Source: Candidatus Nanopelagicales bacterium (GTDB lineage Bacteria; Actinomycetota; Actinomycetes; S36-B12). Taken from it: a stretch of DNA of 64,000 bases. The position numbers and the translations under genes were made by a program. The DNA lies in the NCBI GenBank assembly GCA_040399625.1, contig JBBARV010000001.1, forward strand, positions 269,082 to 333,081. The letters run 5' to 3'. The notes beneath the pieces were generated by a model. It was not told the origin of the DNA. It was given only the letters and a program-made list of their open reading frames with translations, and did no database searches. Shown in pieces: positions 58,690 through 64,000 of this stretch (position 1 is the first letter of the stretch; each line of letters begins with the position of its first letter).

Positions 58690-60378
58690 ATGTTTCTCCC
58701 TGACTTACCTGTTCCACCACCATTACCTGCTGGAACTCTTCGGATCATGCCACTTGGTGGCATCGGTGAAATCGGTCGCAACATGACAGTTTTTGAATAC
58801 GACTCGCGATTGTTGATCATTGATTGTGGTGTCTTATTCCCTGAAGAGTCGCACCCCGGTGTCGATTTAATCCTGCCCGACTTTGAACCGATCCTGGATC
58901 GGATCGACGACGTGGACGCAATAGTGCTTACGCACGGACATGAAGACCACATCGGTGCGGTTCCTTATTTGCTGCGTCATCGGGCTGATATTCCGATCAT
59001 CGGTTCTACATTGACGCTCGCATTTATCGAAGCGAAATTAAAAGAACATCGGATTAAACCCTTCACGCTGTCTGTTAAGGATCGGGCAGTTGAAAAAATT
59101 GGTCCATTTGAACTTGAGTTTCTCGCCGTTAACCATTCAATCCCTGACGCAATGGCCATTTCGATCACAACGCCGGCAGGTCGGGTCCTTCACACGGGTG
59201 ATTTCAAGATGGACCAGTTGCCACTTGACGGCCGGATTACCGACCTTGCAAGTTTTGCCCGACTCGGTGAACTCGGTGTAGATGTCCTGATGGTAGACAG
59301 CACCAACGCCGAAGTTCCTGGTTTTGTCCCCAGTGAAAAAGAAATCATCCCGGTGCTTGAAAGAGTTTTCAACAGAGCGCAAGGTCGAGTAATCGTGGCT
59401 TCATTCGCCTCACACGTGCACCGGGTTCAACAAATAATTGATATTGCGGTGTCGCATAACCGCAAAATTGCATTCGTGGGCCGGTCAATGGTCCGCAACA
59501 TGAATGTGGCTCGGGACTTGGGCTACCTTAAAATTCCGGGCAACACCCTGATCTCAATGGATGAACTTTCCAAATTGCCTGACAACAGGGCAGTACTTAT
59601 CTGCACCGGATCCCAAGGTGAACCCATGGCAGTGCTGTCGCGAATCGCTAACCGCAACCACGATATTTCAGTGGGCGAGGGCGACACAATTGTTTTAGCT
59701 TCATCACTCATTCCCGGAAATGAGAATGCCGTGTACCGAGTTATCAACGGCTTAACTTTGTTGGGAGCCGATGTTGTGCATAAGGGCAATGAGTTAGTGC
59801 ACGTTTCTGGGCATGCCGCGGCGGGAGAGTTGCGCTACGTGTACAACCTCGTGAAACCCAAATACGTAATGCCGATTCATGGCGAGTGGCGTCACTTGAA
59901 GGCAAATGCGCTTCTTGCAACCAGTGTCGGGGTTCCAGCGGATCACGTCCTCATCACTGCCAATGGCGCTTGTGTTGATGTCAGAGGCGACCAATGCGTT
60001 ATCTCCGGTTCTTATCCACTGCGTGAGGTTTATGTTGACGGTGTCAGTGTCGGTAGAACGGATGAAAACTTACTGAAAGACCGGTTAGTTTTGGGTGAGG
60101 AAGGCTTCATCTCGGTCTATGCAGCCGTTGATATCGCGAATCAGTGCGTTGTTGCAGGCCCCGAAATTGTGGATCGCGGGGTTGGCGAGACTTCCGACAC
60201 GACGAAGGTGGCGGCAGAGGTCGCTAAAGCCCTAGTTGAAGCGATGAAAGAGGGCATTTCCGAGCCGCACGAACTTGCACAGAAAGCTCGGAAAATTGTC
60301 GGCAGATGGGTGGGAACCACCCATAGGCGTCGCCCAATGATCGTGCCCGTCGTGATTGGGATCAAAAGCGGTCAATAG
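58690..60378 (+). CDS. rnj: Ribonuclease J
   Basis: Metallo-beta-lactamase motif LTHGHEDHIGAVP, a beta-CASP region (SGHAAAGEL) and a C-terminal domain. Follows dapA. Confidence 0.92.
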   Translation: MFLPDLPVPPPLPAGTLRIMPLGGIGEIGRNMTVFEYDSRLLIIDCGVLFPEESHPGVDLILPDFEPILDRIDDVDAIVLTHGHEDHIGAVPYLLRHRADIPIIGSTLTLAFIEAKLKEHRIKPFTLSVKDRAVEKIGPFELEFLAVNHSIPDAMAISITTPAGRVLHTGDFKMDQLPLDGRITDLASFARLGELGVDVLMVDSTNAEVPGFVPSEKEIIPVLERVFNRAQGRVIVASFASHVHRVQQIIDIAVSHNRKIAFVGRSMVRNMNVARDLGYLKIPGNTLISMDELSKLPDNRAVLICTGSQGEPMAVLSRIANRNHDISVGEGDTIVLASSLIPGNENAVYRVINGLTLLGADVVHKGNELVHVSGHAAAGELRYVYNLVKPKYVMPIHGEWRHLKANALLATSVGVPADHVLITANGACVDVRGDQCVISGSYPLREVYVDGVSVGRTDENLLKDRLVLGEEGFISVYAAVDIANQCVVAGPEIVDRGVGETSDTTKVAAEVAKALVEAMKEGISEPHELAQKARKIVGRWVGTTHRRRPMIVPVVIGIKSGQ

Positions 60379-60460
60379 CGCCCCCGGACCGACGATTTGT
60401 GACACGCGGGTCGCGTGTGACTGCTGGGGATTGGCCGTTTAACTGGGTACGCTGCCCTTT

Positions 60461-63049
60461 ATGGCTTCCCGCTCGTCTACGCGCACGCGTGGATCTTCCC
60501 CCAGTAAGTCCAAAAGCAGTCAGCGCTCGAGCTCGAAAAGTGCTCCCACGAGGGCTCGAAAGGCACCTGCCCGGCGAAAGTCGGGCCCGGCTCGACCGGG
60601 GCCAATTCCGCGCGCGGTAGCCGGAATAGGACGTGGAATCGGGCGGATCTGGATCAGCGTCGCCCACCTCGCAGGTGGTGCAGCTCGGGGTGTGGGCAAG
60701 GGCGCTCGCGGGCTTGAGCCTGAAATGCGCCGAGATGGACTAGGGCTTTCACTCATTGCCGCAGCAATAATTTTGATTGCAGCAACGTGGTTTGGCGTCG
60801 AGGGTTGGTTCATCTCTTGGACATCAATGTTGGCAACGTCTTTTTTTGGGGCGCTAGCGTGGGTTGCACCGCTTCTTCTCCTTGCCCTTGCTTGGCGATT
60901 TCTGCGTCACCCCGATCAAAACGGGGCCACAGGTCGATTGGCCATTGGTATTACCGCGATTGTTGTGAGTGTTCTTGGGCTTTGGCACTTGGCGCAAGGA
61001 GCGCCTACTCCCAGTAGTGGTGCGCTAGCCATGAACAGTGCCGCTGGCACCGTGGGTTGGATTGTCACGGCTCCCGTCGTTGCGGCTTTGGGTTCGATTG
61101 TGAGCGGGTTCTTAATTGTCCTCTTGGGGTTTTTTGGATATCTCGTACTAACCAAGACGACGATTGCCCGGCTGCGGGAGATTTTTGCCGTTGGATTTTC
61201 TCGGTTGCGCCGAGGAGTTCCATCACGTGTTCGGGTGGAAAATCGAGAGTCCGGCGAAGTTGAAATGGACCTCGTGGACGTTGAATCTGAGGTTGAAAAA
61301 AGTCGTGATCCGGGGTTTGCCAACCCAAATGGGGTATTGCGTTCGGATCACTCCGATATCGCACTCGTTGGTGATGAACCGTTCGTTTCCCCGATTCCAA
61401 GTCAAGACGAACGCCCTGCCGCGGCTCTCATGGCCGGTGTCGCTGTCCGAGACAGCACATCTGATGTCAGATCTAGCTCGCGAAGTGAAACGATCGTGGT
61501 GGCGAACGTGACCCCGAGCGATCAAGGTGCGACTGAAACCGTTGTGCTTGCCCAAAAGAGCGAACAATTGTCACTCACTCCTCGCAGCACTTATCAACTC
61601 CCCAAGGGTGACCTCCTGAAAGTTGGACCCGCACACAAAACGGCCACCAAAGCGAATGATCTTGTTGTTACCGCACTAACCGATGTGATGACTCAATTTG
61701 GGATTGATGCAACGGTGGTCGGGTTCATGCGAGGGCCAACGGTGACCCGCTATGAAATTGAACTGGGGCAAAGCGTCAAAGTTGAGCGGGTTACGGCGTT
61801 GAGCAAAAATATCGCCTATGCCGTGGCGAGTGCCGAAGTGCGAATTCTCAGTCCTATCCCGGGTAAAAAAGCTATTGGTATTGAAATTCCCAATACGGAT
61901 CGGGAATTGGTGGCACTCGGTGATGTACTGAAAAGCAAGGTTGCAGCCAATGACCAACACCCCATGGTGGTTGCCCTAGGCAAAGATGTCGAAGGCAGTT
62001 TTGTAGTGGCAAACCTGGCAAAAATGCCCCATATCTTGGTTGCTGGCGCGACCGGGGCGGGTAAAAGTAGCTGTATTAACTCATTGATTACATCGATTTT
62101 GATGCGTTCGACACCTGATGAGGTCCGGATGATTTTGGTCGACCCTAAAAGAGTCGAACTAACGATCTACGAGGGTGTGCCGCACCTGATTACCCCGATC
62201 ATTACCAACCCAAAGAAAGCCGCCGACGCTTTAGCGTGGGTTGTCAAGGAAATGGATCGTCGGTATGACGATCTTTCAGCATTTGGGTACCGTCACATTG
62301 ACGACTTCAACAAGGCAGTTCGCACGGGCAAGGTAAAACCGTTGCCGGGATCAGAGCGCAAAATCAAGCCGTACCCTTACCTTCTAATAATCGTTGACGA
62401 ACTCGCAGACCTCATGATGGTTGCCCCGCGTGATGTCGAGGACTCAGTTGTCCGCATCACCCAACTTGCACGTGCTGCCGGCATCCACTTGGTTCTCGCC
62501 ACACAACGTCCAAGTGTTGATGTCGTGACAGGCTTGATCAAGGCGAATGTTCCCAGCCGCCTTGCATTTGCTACATCGAGCTTGGCAGACAGTCGGGTTA
62601 TTCTGGATCAGTCGGGTGCGGAAAAACTTGTTGGTCAAGGTGATGGACTCTTTTTGCCGATGGGTGAAAATAAGGCAATGCGCATCCAAGGTGCATTTGT
62701 TTCCGAGAATGAAATTCGTGCCATAGTCAGCCATTGCAAGAATCAATGGGATACCGATTACCTCGATGAAGTCACCAGCCCAGTGGCCTCCACGAAGGAG
62801 ATTGATGGGGACATCGGCGACGATCTTGATATCTTGCTGCAGGCTGTTGAATTGGTTGTCGGTACCCAGTTTGGCTCAACTTCCATGCTGCAGCGCAAAC
62901 TTCGTGTCGGATTTGCCAAAGCCGGTCGCTTAATGGACCTGATGGAGTCGCGTGGGGTAGTAGGCCCGAGTGAAGGGTCAAAGGCGCGAGACGTACTTGT
63001 CACAGCCGATGAACTTCCAGGATTAATCCTTTCTATCCGGGGCGGATAG
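60461..63049 (+). CDS. ftsK: DNA translocase FtsK
   Basis: Basic Ser/Arg-rich N-terminus, four TM helices, a linker, the motor domain with Walker A VAGATGAGKSSCINS and Walker B LLIIVDELADLM, and a C-terminal gamma (winged-helix) domain ...STSMLQRKLRVGFAKAGRLMD. Confidence 0.93.
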   Translation: MASRSSTRTRGSSPSKSKSSQRSSSKSAPTRARKAPARRKSGPARPGPIPRAVAGIGRGIGRIWISVAHLAGGAARGVGKGARGLEPEMRRDGLGLSLIAAAIILIAATWFGVEGWFISWTSMLATSFFGALAWVAPLLLLALAWRFLRHPDQNGATGRLAIGITAIVVSVLGLWHLAQGAPTPSSGALAMNSAAGTVGWIVTAPVVAALGSIVSGFLIVLLGFFGYLVLTKTTIARLREIFAVGFSRLRRGVPSRVRVENRESGEVEMDLVDVESEVEKSRDPGFANPNGVLRSDHSDIALVGDEPFVSPIPSQDERPAAALMAGVAVRDSTSDVRSSSRSETIVVANVTPSDQGATETVVLAQKSEQLSLTPRSTYQLPKGDLLKVGPAHKTATKANDLVVTALTDVMTQFGIDATVVGFMRGPTVTRYEIELGQSVKVERVTALSKNIAYAVASAEVRILSPIPGKKAIGIEIPNTDRELVALGDVLKSKVAANDQHPMVVALGKDVEGSFVVANLAKMPHILVAGATGAGKSSCINSLITSILMRSTPDEVRMILVDPKRVELTIYEGVPHLITPIITNPKKAADALAWVVKEMDRRYDDLSAFGYRHIDDFNKAVRTGKVKPLPGSERKIKPYPYLLIIVDELADLMMVAPRDVEDSVVRITQLARAAGIHLVLATQRPSVDVVTGLIKANVPSRLAFATSSLADSRVILDQSGAEKLVGQGDGLFLPMGENKAMRIQGAFVSENEIRAIVSHCKNQWDTDYLDEVTSPVASTKEIDGDIGDDLDILLQAVELVVGTQFGSTSMLQRKLRVGFAKAGRLMDLMESRGVVGPSEGSKARDVLVTADELPGLILSIRGG

Positions 63050-63058
63050 ACTGGAAGG

Positions 63059-64000
63059 GTGTCTGAGAAAACTGTTGCGCTAATCACCCTGGGTTGTGCC
63101 CGCAATGAAGTTGATTCTGAGGAACTTGCGGGAAGACTTGAGGCCCAGGGTTGGACATTGGTTTCAGACCCCGAATTGGCCCAGGCCGTGATGGTCAACA
63201 CCTGTGGGTTCGTTGACATCGCTAAGGCAGATTCCATCAACACCATCATTGAGGCGGCTGATCTAAAGGATTCCGGGGGAGTCACCAAGGCCGTTGTTGC
63301 GGTTGGTTGCCTCGCTCAACGTTACGGTAGTGAATTAGCTATTGATCTACCCGAAGCCGACGCGGTACTTAGTTTTGACGACTATCCGATGATCGGCGAA
63401 CGGCTAGACGCCGTGATGCGCGGTGAAAAACTGGTTGCACACAAACCCAGTGATCGCCGCGCGCTGCTGCCCATTAGTCCGGTTGATCGTGCAGCAAATA
63501 CCACGCCGATTCCCGGACATGGGGTGCAGGATTCTATGCCGGAGGAAAATGATGCTCTGGCCTGGCAACCACCGATCTTGCGCAAAAGATTGGAAAATTC
63601 ACCCGTGGCGCCCGTCAAACTGGCATCGGGGTGTGACCGTCGTTGTACCTTCTGTGCGATCCCTTCATTTCGCGGTTCATTCATTTCGCGTCCACCCGCT
63701 GATGTTGTGGCCGAAGTTGCTTGGCTTGCCGGTCTGGGTGTCACCGAGGCAGTTTTAGTGAGTGAAAACTCAACGTCTTACGGCAAAGATTTAGGGGATT
63801 TGCGGCTACTGGAATCCTTACTTCCGGCAATCGGGGAAGGTACCGGGATAGCACGGATTCGAGTGGCATATCTGCAGCCCGCAGAAGTTCGCCCCGACCT
63901 GCTCAAGGTCATGGCTGCTACACCGGTCGTTGCCCCGTACTTTGATTTGTCATTTCAGCACGCCTCTGCCACATTACTGCGGCGCATGAAACGCTTCGGT
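63059..64000 (+). CDS. rimO: Ribosomal protein S12 methylthiotransferase RimO (3' end outside the window)
   Basis: My own translation from GTG 63059 gives [27 protein letters not shown]... (UPF0004/MTTase N-domain) and the radical SAM motif [19 protein letters not shown] near 63620-63680. The frame stays open to the window end, so it is absent from the ORF track. Confidence 0.85.
   Translation, partial: MSEKTVALITLGCARNEVDSEELAGRLEAQGWTLVSDPELAQAVMVNTCGFVDIAKADSINTIIEAADLKDSGGVTKAVVAVGCLAQRYGSELAIDLPEADAVLSFDDYPMIGERLDAVMRGEKLVAHKPSDRRALLPISPVDRAANTTPIPGHGVQDSMPEENDALAWQPPILRKRLENSPVAPVKLASGCDRRCTFCAIPSFRGSFISRPPADVVAEVAWLAGLGVTEAVLVSENSTSYGKDLGDLRLLESLLPAIGEGTGIARIRVAYLQPAEVRPDLLKVMAATPVVAPYFDLSFQHASATLLRRMKRFG

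Noticed and set aside
1-64000. Search for tRNA, rRNA, tmRNA, RNase P RNA or other known ncRNA genes in the gaps
   Set aside because: All intergenic gaps are 324 nt or shorter. None showed cloverleaf-type arm symmetry or rRNA-like sequence on inspection. Only leader- or terminator-type hairpins were seen, and these are reported separately.

Overview
No rRNA, tRNA, CRISPR array, transposase, phage gene or recognisable defence or toxin module was found. The window is almost entirely protein-coding chromosomal backbone. Its gene order is typical of Actinobacteria, which is an inference from synteny, not a database hit. Left block: rnhB-yraN-comM-dprA-xerC, a divergent M23 peptidase, then rpsB-tsf-pyrH-frr-cdsA-rlmN. 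Right block: dxr-rseP-ispG-GNAT-proS, rimP-nusA-ylxR-infB-rbfA-truB-ribF, rpsO-pnp-M16 peptidase-dapB, and thyX-dapA-rnj-ftsK-rimO (rimO runs off the 3' edge). Between rlmN and dxr (about 10.2-34.8 kb) sits an accessory block of about 24 kb made of nitrogen-compound catabolism and transport genes, in three parts. (A) An Lrp-controlled omega-aminotransferase / split-barrel flavoprotein / PuuB-like FAD oxidoreductase operon, with a divergent PatD-like aminoaldehyde dehydrogenase and a glutaryl-CoA-dehydrogenase-like gene. (B) An eight-gene operon with beta-ureidopropionase-like, dihydropyrimidinase and (methyl)malonate-semialdehyde dehydrogenase genes, a Mer-like LLM oxidoreductase and an NMT1/ThiY-type ABC importer. 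(C) A PotABCD-like importer with a second PuuB-like oxidoreductase, an agmatinase-family ureohydrolase and a convergent gabT. The most interesting point is operon B. It looks like the reductive pyrimidine pathway but has no recognisable dihydropyrimidine dehydrogenase, and a Mer-like (probably deazaflavin/flavin hydride-transfer) LLM enzyme sits where that step would be encoded. Smaller observations are structured leaders upstream of rpsB, rpsO and pnp, a perfect 21-bp bidirectional terminator hairpin, in-frame tandem repeats in infB, and convergent gene overlaps. All functional calls rest on motifs read in the supplied translations and on synteny. No searches were run.
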